Of a DNA stretch of 64,000 bases, positions 9,040 through 19,612 are shown piece by piece (within the stretch, counting starts at the first letter, position 1; each line of letters begins with the position of its first letter). Made by a program: the position numbers and the translations under genes. This DNA comes from an uncultured Fibrobacterota bacterium (GTDB taxonomy: Bacteria; Fibrobacterota; Chitinivibrionia; Chitinivibrionales; CAYFVL01), in the NCBI GenBank assembly GCA_964419255.1, contig CAYQOU010000013.1, positions 3,684 through 67,683 on the forward strand, given 5' to 3'. The notes beneath the pieces were generated by a model. That model did no database searches. It was not told the DNA's origin and saw only the letters and a list, made by a program, of their open reading frames with translations.

Positions 9040-10335
9040 TCAGCACACCTCCCCCGCGGGTTCCGCACACGGTCTAACCCGCAAGAGTAATAATCCTCCG
9101 CTGATGAATAGTATTGCCAGTGATGCGATGCCAAAGCGGGCGGCGGCAACACTTTCAAAGCCAAGCTGTCTTCCCAGCAACCCCATCATTCCCACGAGTC
9201 CCGGTCCCAAAACAACCGAAAAGCGGCCGACCAGATTGTAGAACCCAAAATAATCGGAGGACTTCTCTTCAGGAATCATAGCGGTAAACATCGATCGACT
9301 TAGCGCCTGGATTGCTCCCTGGGCAGATCCGGTCAGACCGGCCAGAATGAAAAACTGAAGCTGCGTCTGAAGGATAAATGCACCGACAAGACACACCAAC
9401 GTATAAATACCGATGGCAATCAGGATCGTGTTTTTAGCACCTATACGATCGGCAACATATCCAAACAGTATCGCCGCGGGAAAAGCGATAAACTGTACCA
9501 GTAAAAGAGCCGTCATCAAACCCGAATCGGGAATACCAATGGACAAACCAAAATCGGTAGCCATCATGACAAATGCATGCACGCCGTCATGGTAGAGCCA
9601 GAAGGCAACCAAAAACAAAAGCAGCTGCGGTGTATGCGCGATCTCCCTGCCGGTCTGAACCATGGACCGAAGGCTTCGTCTGAAAAGCCTTTTGCTACCG
9701 GTGGCTCGATTTTTCTTCTCCCGCACCCACAAGAAAAGCGGAAGGGAAAAGACTCCCCACCATAGCGCCACACTCAAAAAAGCCAGCTTAACGGCCTGGG
9801 CCTTGGAGTCGATACCAAACTGCTGCGGATGAAGCACCATCATCACATTGACGATTCCCAGAATACCACACCCCAGATACCCCAAACCATACCCAAACGA
9901 AGAAATCATGTCGTGATCCTTCGGCCTGGATATATCCGGCAGAAGTGAGTCATAGAAAAGGTTGCCTAAAGCAAAGCCCATACGGGCAAGAAGAAAAAGC
10001 GTTAATGCTGTAAGCCAGCGGTGTGACGGTACAAAGAAAAGCAGCGCCACAGAAAAAATCCCCAAAAGAAGCATGCCGGCCAGCATCCGTTTCTTCCCGA
10101 ATGATATCCCGGCCATTGCTCCCAGAAAAGGAGAAAGACAGGCGATGCACAGCCCCGCTATCAGGTGACCGATCCCGAGCCTGGCGGTGCTGATCGTGGG
10201 GTCTACACCACTGTTCCAGTATGTTTTGAAAAATATCGGGAAAAACAACGCCAGTGCGGTAAGCGCGAAGGCAGAATTGGCCCAATCATAAAACCACCAT
10301 CCCCAGGTGGCCTTATTCCGAAAAAATGACTTCAT
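9040..10335 (-). CDS. MFS transporter, UMF1 / Atg22-like family
   Basis: 431-aa polytopic ORF. The N-terminus WGWWFYDWANSAFALTALALFFPIFF is characteristic of the UMF1 family. The start overlaps the upstream stop (ATGA). Confidence 0.75.
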   Translation of the reverse strand: MKSFFRNKATWGWWFYDWANSAFALTALALFFPIFFKTYWNSGVDPTISTARLGIGHLIAGLCIACLSPFLGAMAGISFGKKRMLAGMLLLGIFSVALLFFVPSHRWLTALTLFLLARMGFALGNLFYDSLLPDISRPKDHDMISSFGYGLGYLGCGILGIVNVMMVLHPQQFGIDSKAQAVKLAFLSVALWWGVFSLPLFLWVREKKNRATGSKRLFRRSLRSMVQTGREIAHTPQLLLFLVAFWLYHDGVHAFVMMATDFGLSIGIPDSGLMTALLLVQFIAFPAAILFGYVADRIGAKNTILIAIGIYTLVCLVGAFILQTQLQFFILAGLTGSAQGAIQALSRSMFTAMIPEEKSSDYFGFYNLVGRFSVVLGPGLVGMMGLLGRQLGFESVAAARFGIASLAILFISGGLLLLRVRPCAEPAGEVC

Positions 10336-11618
10336 GTTTTCTTTTCTTTTTTCTCTGCCGCAGGGAAAAGCACGTTGTTCAGGATAAGGCGGTAGCCGGG
10401 TGAGTTCTTGTGAAGCTCGAGCATGGTCGGAGGGTCACCAACAGCATGCGAATAGTCCTCGGGATCATGCCCTCCCAAAAAGGCAAACATCCCCTTCCCT
10501 TTTACGCCGTGAAGATATTTGACTCTTTCTGTCCCCGGAACAGTAGCTAACTGGATGACACTCTCCTTTATCACATTCTTGTTAAAAGAGGTAAGCAGCC
10601 CATAGAACCCTTTGACCGTCGTGGTATGGCACTGCGTCAGCATTGTTGGAACCGGGTCAAGCTTTGCACTAAAAGGAAATAGATCGAAATCCAGTGCCTC
10701 CTTACGCTGCGGTGTATTAACCCGATTAACATCGATGTTACCGAAGTATGATGCCATGGCGCTTGTCTCTATCTCAAAATTTTCGAAGGCAAAACATTTG
10801 GAGTAATCAAGTTTCTGCTTGTAGTCCGGATCGACACCATCACCATCAAAGGGCGATTGTACAATATCGGTACCAGCCGCCGCCAGAGCGATATCGATAG
10901 TGTTAGTAGCGCTGCACATGGCAAACAAAAATCCGCCGGCCTCCACATATTTACTGATAGTCAGTGCAACCGCTTTCTTACAATCGGTAACCTTTGAAAA
11001 TCCCATCGAACGGGCCAGCTCCTCTAATTTCATTTTCTGTTTCTGATACCAGGGGGCGTTTCGAAACGAGCGGTAAAACTTGCTGTACTGCCCGGTAAAA
11101 TCCTCGTGATGGAGATGAAGCCAGTCGTAATCGTCGAGCTTCCCCCCAAGCACCTCTTCATCGTAAATCTTATCATATGGAATCTCCGCATAAGTCAGTG
11201 CCATCGTTACGGCATCATCCCAGGGGAGCTTGTTCAGGGGTGTATAGATCGCGATTTTGGGGGATTTTTCGAGAGTAACCTTCTCCATGTTGTTATCCTC
11301 GATAGTATTGAGAATTGATGCAAAGTCCGCATTCGTAATCGATTGAATCAACACCCCCTTTTTTCTGGCCATCAGCTCGATATCACGTGAGTCATCGAGT
11401 GCGAAAGAGCCACCTCGATAGTTAAGCAGCCAGGAGGCTTTAACCCCCTTTTCCAGAGCGGTGTATACCACACCGTAGGCCTTAAGGTGATCGGTTTGTG
11501 TATCATCCATGGGTATAAACAACATCGAAAAGCATGGCGCCACCAGGCTCAGACAAAGAAGGATCTGTGCTTTGAGCTGCTTTGCAGGTGTATTTAGGAG
11601 ATTTGCTACAAGTTTCAT
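10332..11618 (-). CDS. Secreted protein with a class-I glutamine-amidotransferase-like (DJ-1/ThuA-like) fold; function unknown
   Basis: 428-aa ORF with a signal-like N-terminus (LLCLSLVAPCFSMLF). A candidate nucleophile-elbow is present at VEAGGFLFAMCSATN. I recall homologues in FCB genomes being annotated as asparagine synthetase B, which I consider doubtful. The fold assignment comes from motif reading only. Confidence 0.5.
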   Translation of the reverse strand: MKLVANLLNTPAKQLKAQILLCLSLVAPCFSMLFIPMDDTQTDHLKAYGVVYTALEKGVKASWLLNYRGGSFALDDSRDIELMARKKGVLIQSITNADFASILNTIEDNNMEKVTLEKSPKIAIYTPLNKLPWDDAVTMALTYAEIPYDKIYDEEVLGGKLDDYDWLHLHHEDFTGQYSKFYRSFRNAPWYQKQKMKLEELARSMGFSKVTDCKKAVALTISKYVEAGGFLFAMCSATNTIDIALAAAGTDIVQSPFDGDGVDPDYKQKLDYSKCFAFENFEIETSAMASYFGNIDVNRVNTPQRKEALDFDLFPFSAKLDPVPTMLTQCHTTTVKGFYGLLTSFNKNVIKESVIQLATVPGTERVKYLHGVKGKGMFAFLGGHDPEDYSHAVGDPPTMLELHKNSPGYRLILNNVLFPAAEKKEKKT

Positions 11619-11623
11619 AAGTA

Positions 11624-14401
11624 TTAAAATAAATAGGTCATGTACAGTCCACCAGCCTTTAATGTATAATTTTCCGCCCCAACATTCTCGTCGTACACTT
11701 TCTCATAGATGCCTTTGATGACGGTAGATATTCGAGGAGTGATCGAATATCTTATCTGCCCATCAATCCCGTGCAAAAAATACATGGTGTCAAACCATCC
11801 CAAACCAGTCTCGTGCTCATCATCAACCCTCTTCTGATAATCACCCCTTAATGAGAGCATGAGTTTCCTGGGAATCACGGTAATGCGTACATCGTTTGAA
11901 AACTTGTAAAACAAACTGTGCAGGGAATCCTGAGTTTCTGTTTTATATTTTATCGCAAATCCGCTTCTATTACGAAGCCACCGCTTGATACTAAAACCCA
12001 CTCTCCCTGAAAGTTCATTATACCAGCTGTCACCGATATCATCTTGTGTTACATCCACGTAATTGGTGTAATCATTCTCTCTTGCAAGCCGACACCTCAG
12101 GTGATAATTGAAACCATTATTGAATCGTTGTCTGACACCGATCATCACATCGTGTATGACATCTTTATTATGCTGCGAGGTGACAGAGGTTTTACCTGAT
12201 ACAACCGAGCCCGCTCGAATGTGTTCCTCATTATTTTCGAGCAACAGAGCATAGTGAAACGAAGCCACCGGCTTATTCATTCCAAAAGAGTATTCGCTCT
12301 GGAGAACTACATTATTCTGTTCAATTGGCGATCTCTGATCAGAAAACAAACTGTTGCTTGCTTCAGATCTCTCATATTCATAAGACAGTGAAGCATTCAG
12401 GCGTTCATCAAACCTTCTCTTTACACCGGCATTAAACGTATACTCATCGTTTTCAAGGTAAGGACTGCCTGCGGAAAAATAGTCGGGAGCGATCGCGGTG
12501 AATGACCCGGATATCTCATACCCGTGAAAAATGCCCTGTGAAGAAAGCGTTGCGGCGTAATTGCTGCTGTCCGGATGAATAAGTCCCAGGACGCGCGGTA
12601 GAGCTTTGCTTACTCCCGGATTGTACCATGCGATTTCGTCATACGACTGGGTGTCGACGGTATCCCGCACCCCCATATTCAGCTCTGCCGTCACGGAGAG
12701 TGCTCCATCCAACAATACCACATTGGCTTCGATACAGCCAGTCTGTGCCTCGGTCGGAGCGGGAGCCAGGGGATCAAAGATGTCCCTTCCCAGCAGCGTC
12801 TTATCGAGCTGATCGCGTGCTATCAAACCATGCACTGCTATGGATGAGTTGTAGGAAGGTTTATAGGTAAGCGAGGCTAAATATGTCAGCTGCTGTCGAA
12901 CGGAAAATCCTGAATCGACAACCTGATTATATATTTGTGGCTCATGATCTCCCGTATCCTTGGGCGCCTCACTCTCGCCTGCGGCAAGTTTAAATTTCAG
13001 CCGGCTTTCTCCACGTCCCATCTGGAAAAACGATCCCGTATACCTGATTCCGGTCATTTTTCTGCCGAATATGGATGTCTCGGAGCTGTTCTCATAAAAA
13101 TCTCCGGCCTGAAATGACTGGTCTTCATATGTCATAGCCATAGCAAACATATTCTTGCGCAACCGGGTTTCAGTATCCACCCAGTCGTTATGATAGAGAT
13201 CCGCATTGATATTTATATCAGCATCTCCCCTTTTACCCTGCAAAAAAACCGTCACCTCCGGTTGCAGGCCATCAGGATATTTTGACTGCTCGACCAGTGT
13301 ATCATTGCGCCTTTGCGACTGAGGTCGATAGTAGCCAACCCCAGCTTCTATATTCCCGATGAAACTTGATTGTGAGTTGCTGATCTCAGGTCTTGCCGAA
13401 AAGCCAGCTTTTAAATCACCCGTTTGACCAACACGGTCTTTTTGTGAAGGAAGAACCACCGATTTGACCTGCTCAGGCTGTTTTAGAAGCGCAGACATCT
13501 CGTCTTCATCCACTATCTGCGCATCAACGATATTATCATAAACCATTTCGGTCTCTTTTCGGGAAATTTCCTCTTCCGAGATTAGCCCGATCTTGTTGCT
13601 GGTAATATCCGCTGCTACCACCGACACAGATGCACCGCTTCTAACCGCGATCCCATTGCGATTATGGCTTAAGGTCCCTTGAAAGATGTCTACCCGAGCC
13701 TGATCGGTGCAGGCAATTGCGGTTATATTGTTCTGAATGATCAGACTGTCAGCATAGACTGTCGAGCCTTCCATGCAATAGAGCGCCAGTACATGGCCGT
13801 TTAAGAATGAACATTTCTTCAGGACGGCATCTGAATTGGTGATCACCATACCATGAAGAGAATTGTTCTGGAACGTACAATGTTCAAGCGATACTGTACC
13901 GTTTTCTACATATACCCCATAATTGGAATGACTTACAATGCAATTGCGCAGAGTTGATCCGGCTCTGCTTCGGATGTATACCCGATCCCAGTCCCAGGGG
14001 TTTGGTTCCTTGTAGGCTGAGCGGAAAACGACAGGTTCATCCTTAGTTCCTTGCGCATCGATTTGTCCAAACACCGTAATGGTCGTATATTTGCCTCCGA
14101 TATAGATGCGACAGCCGGGGCCAAACTCAAGTTTCTGCCCCGCAGGCACGATGACGCTGCCATTTATTAGAAAAGGACCATCTTCTTTGCGGAAAACACC
14201 AAAAAATACGCCGGATGGTATTTCCAGGCCGAAAGAGTCGGCAACATACGGCCTGTCTGCAGAACCGTCAGTGCTCGAATGAAGGATTTCGGACACAACG
14301 GCGTTGCCCGTGTTAGCTTCGGAATCTAGCTTTACGCGACTCTGCGAATAGGAACCTATCACTCCAAGCAATATAAAGAGACAACTAATTGTTTTCCTCA
14401 C
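11624..14401 (-). CDS. Large outer-membrane protein: N-terminal right-handed beta-helix (PbH1 repeats) plus a C-terminal beta-barrel-like region
   Basis: 925-aa ORF with a signal peptide (MRKTISCLFILLGVIGSYSQS). PbH1-like repeats run through CIVSHSNYGVYVENGTVSLEHCTFQNNSLHGMVITNSDAVLKKCSF...NNITAIAC...HNRNGIAVRSGA. The C-terminal ~550 aa show an alternating beta-strand pattern and end in ...GGLYMTYLF, with the terminal aromatic residue typical of OMP barrels. Confidence 0.6.
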   Translation of the reverse strand: MRKTISCLFILLGVIGSYSQSRVKLDSEANTGNAVVSEILHSSTDGSADRPYVADSFGLEIPSGVFFGVFRKEDGPFLINGSVIVPAGQKLEFGPGCRIYIGGKYTTITVFGQIDAQGTKDEPVVFRSAYKEPNPWDWDRVYIRSRAGSTLRNCIVSHSNYGVYVENGTVSLEHCTFQNNSLHGMVITNSDAVLKKCSFLNGHVLALYCMEGSTVYADSLIIQNNITAIACTDQARVDIFQGTLSHNRNGIAVRSGASVSVVAADITSNKIGLISEEEISRKETEMVYDNIVDAQIVDEDEMSALLKQPEQVKSVVLPSQKDRVGQTGDLKAGFSARPEISNSQSSFIGNIEAGVGYYRPQSQRRNDTLVEQSKYPDGLQPEVTVFLQGKRGDADININADLYHNDWVDTETRLRKNMFAMAMTYEDQSFQAGDFYENSSETSIFGRKMTGIRYTGSFFQMGRGESRLKFKLAAGESEAPKDTGDHEPQIYNQVVDSGFSVRQQLTYLASLTYKPSYNSSIAVHGLIARDQLDKTLLGRDIFDPLAPAPTEAQTGCIEANVVLLDGALSVTAELNMGVRDTVDTQSYDEIAWYNPGVSKALPRVLGLIHPDSSNYAATLSSQGIFHGYEISGSFTAIAPDYFSAGSPYLENDEYTFNAGVKRRFDERLNASLSYEYERSEASNSLFSDQRSPIEQNNVVLQSEYSFGMNKPVASFHYALLLENNEEHIRAGSVVSGKTSVTSQHNKDVIHDVMIGVRQRFNNGFNYHLRCRLARENDYTNYVDVTQDDIGDSWYNELSGRVGFSIKRWLRNRSGFAIKYKTETQDSLHSLFYKFSNDVRITVIPRKLMLSLRGDYQKRVDDEHETGLGWFDTMYFLHGIDGQIRYSITPRISTVIKGIYEKVYDENVGAENYTLKAGGLYMTYLF

Positions 14402-14727
14402 GTGCAGCCCCGGACAGTTTTAACCTCGTTATTTTGGCACCCGATAGATACGATTTTCCGTGTATTTTTCCTTAAACCTATCATTTTCCTTATCGAGTTT
14501 GTAATTTTCAGTTTTTTTTGTAGTGCTCATTTAATAAACAAGTTATTTTGTATACCAACAGGCGACGATTCGTTTATATCCAAATTGTGCGGTTCCGGGT
14601 GGATGAGTCGTGCCATTTAGATTATATATGCCTTAACAAGAGATTTTTCAGCAAAATGATTGTACAATCTGCTGCAAACAAGAGTCAATCCTTTTAATAC
14701 CGTGTTATCGAGAAACTGAAAGATATC

Positions 14728-15156
14728 ATGAGCCGGATCATAATTGACTTTATTCACGACTTCTCGGCACTTCCCTTTCCACGGAAAGCATTGCTGCATG
14801 CCGCGCAAAGTGTTGCAGAAGGTGAGTGTGTTGAAGATGGCTTCTCTTTGAACGTAATAATGTGTTCTGACGAAACAATCAAAGAACTCAACAGAAAGTA
14901 TCGCGCAAAAGACTCCCCCACCGATGTGTTATCGTTTCCCTTTGAAGAGAGCGATTTTCTTGGCGAAATTTATATTTCCCTGCACCGTGCCGCCGAACAG
15001 GCTGTTCGTTTTGGATTAGGGTATGACGCGGAAATTGAACGTCTGTTTGTTCATGGGCTTCTTCATCTACTCGGCTACAATCACGAGGGTGAAGTCGAGC
15101 GTTCTGAAATGGAAGAACGCGAGAATCGATACTGTTGCCTTTCACAACAGATGTAA
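14728..15156 (+). CDS. ybeY: rRNA maturation endoribonuclease YbeY
   Basis: 142-aa ORF with the metal-binding motif HGLLHLLGYNHE, preceded by DVLSFPF. Confidence 0.9.
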   Translation: MSRIIIDFIHDFSALPFPRKALLHAAQSVAEGECVEDGFSLNVIMCSDETIKELNRKYRAKDSPTDVLSFPFEESDFLGEIYISLHRAAEQAVRFGLGYDAEIERLFVHGLLHLLGYNHEGEVERSEMEERENRYCCLSQQM

Positions 15157-15216
15157 TATATTTATTCATTCATGAGTCTGATGCTCACCATGTCCTGATA
15201 ACTATCAAAGGAGGTT

Positions 15217-16503
15217 TTGTTGGACAGTGATCCTGGTGCTTCGTTTTTACTCATAGCACTGATTTTATTTTTCTTGATCTCAGCTTTTTTTTCTACAGTA
15301 AAGGTTGTTTTCTTATCAATCGACAAAAATTCTCTTCCTGCCGATGAGGAACGTCTCCGTTTTTATGCATCGAAGATCGAGGATATACTCGAACACCGTT
15401 CTCTTCTGAACAGTACCGTATCATTTGGGAAAACCATTTCAAATGTAGCCTTTTCGATAATATTCTTTGCCTACATGCAAGCTGTACTTCCCTCCCATTC
15501 CTGGGGAAGCGTATTCAGCATCTCAGTGATTGCAAGCATTTTGATATTATCGATATTTGCATATGTTCTGCCTCGTACCATAGCCCTCCGATGGCATCTG
15601 GGAATGACTGCGACAACCTTTTCTATCTACAATTTCCTCAGGGCTCTATTGTATTTCTTCTCTACAGGCATCCTTGTGATTCATCGGTTGCTCCTGAGAC
15701 TGTTCAGGTACGATGAGAAATTTGCATTCCTGTCGGCCGAGGAACGTGCACGCATGGAGGATTTTTCCGACAGCGATCAGGGGCTTGATAAAGAAGAGCG
15801 GGAAATGATACACAGCATTTTTGAACTGGGAGAGACAACCGTCAAAGAAATCATGATTCCGCGGGTGGATATCAAAGCCCTCGAGATAAACAGCAATTTG
15901 GATACGGTACTCAAGACCATTAAGGAAGAGGGCCATTCCCGTATTCCCGTGTATCGTGAAAACATAGATTCCATCGAGGGGCTCCTCTATGCCAGAGATT
16001 TGCTGAGCTGGATGGCCGATCATTCCAGTGAGGAATGGAATCTGGCTTCCCTTCTCAAAAGGCCGCATTTTGTTCCGAGTGGCAAAATGATCGATGATCT
16101 TATGGGGGAATTGAAGAAAAGACAGATACACATAGCCATAGTTGTGGATGAGTACGGGGGTACCGCCGGCATTGTCACTCTGGAAGATATTCTGGAGGAG
16201 ATTGTCGGGGAGATTCAGGATGAGTATGATGCCGAGGAAGAACCGGTTGTGGAAGTCGGACCGAATCTCTACCAGATCGATCCACACATGGATTTACACG
16301 ACCTCTGCGAGAGAATAAATATCGACCTCGAGCTTGAGGATGTCGAATATAACACCCTTGGCGGACTGATTTATCACGAATATGGCGATGTGCCGCTGGT
16401 AAACACCGAATTTGATCACGACGGACTGCATATAAAGGTTCTTGAGATGGATAATCAGCGTATTGAGAAGGTACAGGTGGAGGTTAACAGGGAGCCAAAA
16501 TAA
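15217..16503 (+). CDS. CNNM/CorC-HlyC family protein (DUF21 TM domain, CBS pair, CorC_HlyC domain)
   Basis: 428-aa ORF. It has an N-terminal 4-TM region, a CBS-pair region (IMIPRVDIKALE...HSRIPVY) and the transporter-associated C-terminus. An AGGAGG lies at 15209-15214. The start is TTG 15217 or TTG 15220. Confidence 0.85.
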   Translation: MLDSDPGASFLLIALILFFLISAFFSTVKVVFLSIDKNSLPADEERLRFYASKIEDILEHRSLLNSTVSFGKTISNVAFSIIFFAYMQAVLPSHSWGSVFSISVIASILILSIFAYVLPRTIALRWHLGMTATTFSIYNFLRALLYFFSTGILVIHRLLLRLFRYDEKFAFLSAEERARMEDFSDSDQGLDKEEREMIHSIFELGETTVKEIMIPRVDIKALEINSNLDTVLKTIKEEGHSRIPVYRENIDSIEGLLYARDLLSWMADHSSEEWNLASLLKRPHFVPSGKMIDDLMGELKKRQIHIAIVVDEYGGTAGIVTLEDILEEIVGEIQDEYDAEEEPVVEVGPNLYQIDPHMDLHDLCERINIDLELEDVEYNTLGGLIYHEYGDVPLVNTEFDHDGLHIKVLEMDNQRIEKVQVEVNREPK

Positions 16504-16659
16504 TCTCCAGCATTTTCAGAGCTCCTTTCATCCATCAGTCATTACCATATCGGTTGAGACAAATTAACTCCACGGTTTGCTCCGGAGTGATAAAATTACT
16601 ATTTTGAAAGATTTTCTGGCAGTAGTTTCTTTATGCAGTTCCCCTAAAGGAGGATCTCT

Positions 16660-17448
16660 GTGAATATTGTGGTCTGCATCAAGCAGGTGCCTGGCACGAC
16701 TCAGGTTAAAATTAATCCTGACACAGGTACACTTATCCGTGATGGTGTTGAAGCAGTAATTAATCCCTTCGATGAATATGCGGTGGAAGAGGCCTTGAGA
16801 ATTCGGGATAAGGTCGGTGGAACAGTAAAAGTTATCACTATGGGCCCTCCGCAGGCGCAGAGCGCGTTGCGTACGGCCATTGCCATGGGTGCCGATGAGG
16901 CATATTTAATCTCCGATCGTGCATTTGCCGGCTCGGATACCTGGGCCACCAGCTACACACTTGCTCAGGGGATAAAAAAGCTTGGAGATACAGATTTGGT
17001 GATATGTGGAAAGCAGGCTATAGATGGTGATACGGCGCAAGTCGGACCAGGTGTTGCGGAGATGCTGAACATTCCGTTTGTGTCATGGGTACGCAAAGTC
17101 GAGGAGATCAACGACAGCGCGGTTCGCGTGGAGCGAATGATGGAAGATGGCTACGATGTGGTCGAGTTGCAGCTGCCCGCACTTCTGACTGTGGTCAAGG
17201 AGATCAATGAGCCGCGCATGGCATCTCTGAAAGGAAAAATGCGTGCGAAGAAGGCACAGATAACAACCATTTCCGCCTCCGATCTGGACGTCACCCCAGA
17301 GAAGCTTGGCCTGAAAGGTAGTCCGACTCAGGTTCTTCGCTCATTTGTCCCGGAAAAGAAAAGCGGGGGTGAGAAGATTAGTGGAGAAACACCTGAGCTG
17401 GTAGAAAAGATTAAAAACACGATTCTTGACCTGGGCGTTGTTCGATAA
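16660..17448 (+). CDS. etfB: Electron transfer flavoprotein beta subunit
   Basis: 262-aa ORF, MNIVVCIKQVPGTTQVKINPDTGTLIRDGVEAVINPFDEYAVEEALR..., a typical EtfB/FixA sequence. It uses a GTG start preceded by AAAGGAGGA. Confidence 0.9.
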   Translation: MNIVVCIKQVPGTTQVKINPDTGTLIRDGVEAVINPFDEYAVEEALRIRDKVGGTVKVITMGPPQAQSALRTAIAMGADEAYLISDRAFAGSDTWATSYTLAQGIKKLGDTDLVICGKQAIDGDTAQVGPGVAEMLNIPFVSWVRKVEEINDSAVRVERMMEDGYDVVELQLPALLTVVKEINEPRMASLKGKMRAKKAQITTISASDLDVTPEKLGLKGSPTQVLRSFVPEKKSGGEKISGETPELVEKIKNTILDLGVVR

Positions 17449-17462
17449 GGAGTTAGTGAAGA

Positions 17463-18665
17463 ATGGGTATTAAAGTAGACTTGGAGAAATGTATTGGATG
17501 TAGTCTCTGCGTGCGCGCCTGCGCTCAGGATGCTATCGAGATTGCCGAAAAGAAGGCCGTAATAGATCTGAATAAATGCAACTACTGTGGCGCCTGTGTG
17601 GATGCCTGCAAAAAATACCAGGCCATAACCATCACAAAGGAAGCCGGGGAAGGTGCGGTGGATGTGACGCAGTATAAAAACATCGCCGTTTTTGTTGAGC
17701 AGCGTGGTGGAGAGATCGCCGGAGTGTCCTACGAGATGCTCGGGGAAGGAAGAAAACTCGCCGATCAGCTGAAAGAGAAGCTTATTGCAGTTGTGATCGG
17801 ATATGAGATACAACACAAAGCGCAGGAGCTGGTAAAGTATGGTGCGGATAAGGTGATTTATTTCGACGGCCCCGATTTGGCTGATTTCAGGGATGATACC
17901 TATGCGGAACTGGTTCAGCGTGCTATCGACCAAGAAAAACCGGGTATTTTTCTGGCCGGAGCCACTGCAGTCGGCCGTTCGTTTATTCCAAAGGTTGCGG
18001 CCAAAGTTTACGGCGGTCTGACAGCCGATTGCACCAAACTCGAAGTGGACACGGAAAAAAGACTACTTCTGGGCACCCGTCCGGCATTCGGCGGAAACCT
18101 GATGGCAACCATTATCTGCCCCGACCACCGCCCGCAGATGGCCACCGTTAGGCATAAGGTCATGAAACCGGCACAATATGATGAACACCGTATCGGAGAG
18201 TTTGTAGAACATAAGATACCGGCAGATTCGATTGTCGATCGCGTAAAAATATTAGATATTATAAAGGAAATAGAATCGACAGTCAATATCACCGAAGCGG
18301 ATGTCATTGTGGCCGGAGGCCGCGGCATGGGCAGTCCCGAGAATTTCAAGTACCTGCGTGATCTTGCCGAAGTAATCGGCGGGGCCATAGGAGCCAGTCG
18401 TGCGGCTGTGGATGCCGGATGGATCCCTTACTCTCATCAGGTCGGCCAGACCGGAAAGACGGTCTGCCCCAAGCTGTACATAGCCTGCGGCATTTCGGGC
18501 TCGGTACAGCATCAGGCCGGCATGCAGTCTTCGGACTATATCATTGCCATAAATACCGATCCGGACGCCGATATTTTCCAGATCGCCAACCTGGGGATTG
18601 TCGGAAATGCACTCGAAGTACTGCCATCGTTAACAGAATCCTTCAAACAGGCGTTGAGTAAATAA
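17463..18665 (+). CDS. etfA: Electron transfer flavoprotein alpha subunit with an N-terminal 2x[4Fe-4S] ferredoxin domain
   Basis: 400-aa ORF. Two CxxCxxCxxxC-type motifs occur in the first 55 aa ([22 protein letters not shown]). The rest is EtfA ([17 protein letters not shown]...[11 protein letters not shown]...[25 protein letters not shown]). Confidence 0.9.
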   Translation: MGIKVDLEKCIGCSLCVRACAQDAIEIAEKKAVIDLNKCNYCGACVDACKKYQAITITKEAGEGAVDVTQYKNIAVFVEQRGGEIAGVSYEMLGEGRKLADQLKEKLIAVVIGYEIQHKAQELVKYGADKVIYFDGPDLADFRDDTYAELVQRAIDQEKPGIFLAGATAVGRSFIPKVAAKVYGGLTADCTKLEVDTEKRLLLGTRPAFGGNLMATIICPDHRPQMATVRHKVMKPAQYDEHRIGEFVEHKIPADSIVDRVKILDIIKEIESTVNITEADVIVAGGRGMGSPENFKYLRDLAEVIGGAIGASRAAVDAGWIPYSHQVGQTGKTVCPKLYIACGISGSVQHQAGMQSSDYIIAINTDPDADIFQIANLGIVGNALEVLPSLTESFKQALSK

Positions 18666-18666
18666 T

Positions 18667-19536
18667 ATGAAACTTTCATTGGGAATACCAAAGGGAAGCC
18701 TGCAGGAGTCTACACTCGGATTGTTCCGAAAGGCCGGCATTCACATAAGTGTCGACCGACGATCATACTTCCCCACCTCCGATGACCCGGAGCTTGACCT
18801 TATTCTTATGCGTCCCCAGGAGATGCCCCGCTATGTTGAGCAGGGCATCATTGACGCAGGTATCACCGGCTACGACTGGACCGTCGAAAACAAGGCCAAA
18901 GTGCACACCGTATGCGAGCTTGAATACAGCAAGGTATCCAGACGGAAATGCAGATGGGTGCTTGCGGTACCGGAGGGGTCTAAGTTTAAGAAAGCCGAGG
19001 ATCTCAGGGGAAAAAGAATAGCAACAGAGCTGGTCAGCACCACAAAGTCTTTTTTCAGGGAAAAGAAGGTGCCGGTGACAGTTGAGTTTTCCTGGGGAGC
19101 AACCGAGGTTAAACCTCCACGGCTGGTAGATGCAATTGTGGATATAACAGAGACGGGCTCTTCTCTGCGAGCGAATCGTCTCAGGGTGATCGATACCCTT
19201 CTTGAGACAAGCACAATACTGATCGCGAACAGAGAATCCTGGAAAAGCCCCCAAAAGCGCCACAAGCTTGAGAACATCGCGATGCTCCTTCAAGGGACAC
19301 TCGAGGCCGAAAACTTTGTGGGACTCAAGTGTAATGTCGACGATAAACATCTGGAGGCAGTTCTGAAAGAGCTTCCTGCACTTCACAATCCGACTATAAG
19401 TGAGCTGTCGGATAAAGGATGGCATGCAGTTGAGACAATTGTCGCAGTATCGGAGGTTAAACACGTAGTACCACGGCTCAAACGTGCCGGAGCATCAGGG
19501 ATAGTAGAATACCCGATCAACAAAGTTATTCAGTAG
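18667..19536 (+). CDS. hisG: ATP phosphoribosyltransferase, long form
   Basis: 289-aa [28 protein letters not shown]...[24 protein letters not shown].... It starts 1 nt after the etfA stop. Confidence 0.9.
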   Translation: MKLSLGIPKGSLQESTLGLFRKAGIHISVDRRSYFPTSDDPELDLILMRPQEMPRYVEQGIIDAGITGYDWTVENKAKVHTVCELEYSKVSRRKCRWVLAVPEGSKFKKAEDLRGKRIATELVSTTKSFFREKKVPVTVEFSWGATEVKPPRLVDAIVDITETGSSLRANRLRVIDTLLETSTILIANRESWKSPQKRHKLENIAMLLQGTLEAENFVGLKCNVDDKHLEAVLKELPALHNPTISELSDKGWHAVETIVAVSEVKHVVPRLKRAGASGIVEYPINKVIQ

Positions 19537-19563
19537 AAATTACCCTTCCAGAAAGCAAAGCAG

Positions 19564-19597
19564 GCCCGAATATCGAACAGGATTTTCGGGCTTTTTT
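19564..19597 (+). terminator. Rho-independent terminator after hisG
   Basis: The stem is GCCCGAA (19564-19570) paired with TTCGGGC (19585-19591), followed by TTTTTT (19592-19597). Confidence 0.6.
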
Positions 19598-19612
19598 CAT
19601 TCCCCGTTATTT

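Noticed and set aside
15646-19464. Long antisense ORFs opposite corC, etfA and hisG (15646-16287 -, 17328-17933 -, 18008-18388 -, 18763-19464 -, 18870-19277 -)
   Set aside because: Each lies opposite a confidently identified gene and shows no recognisable motif or SD.
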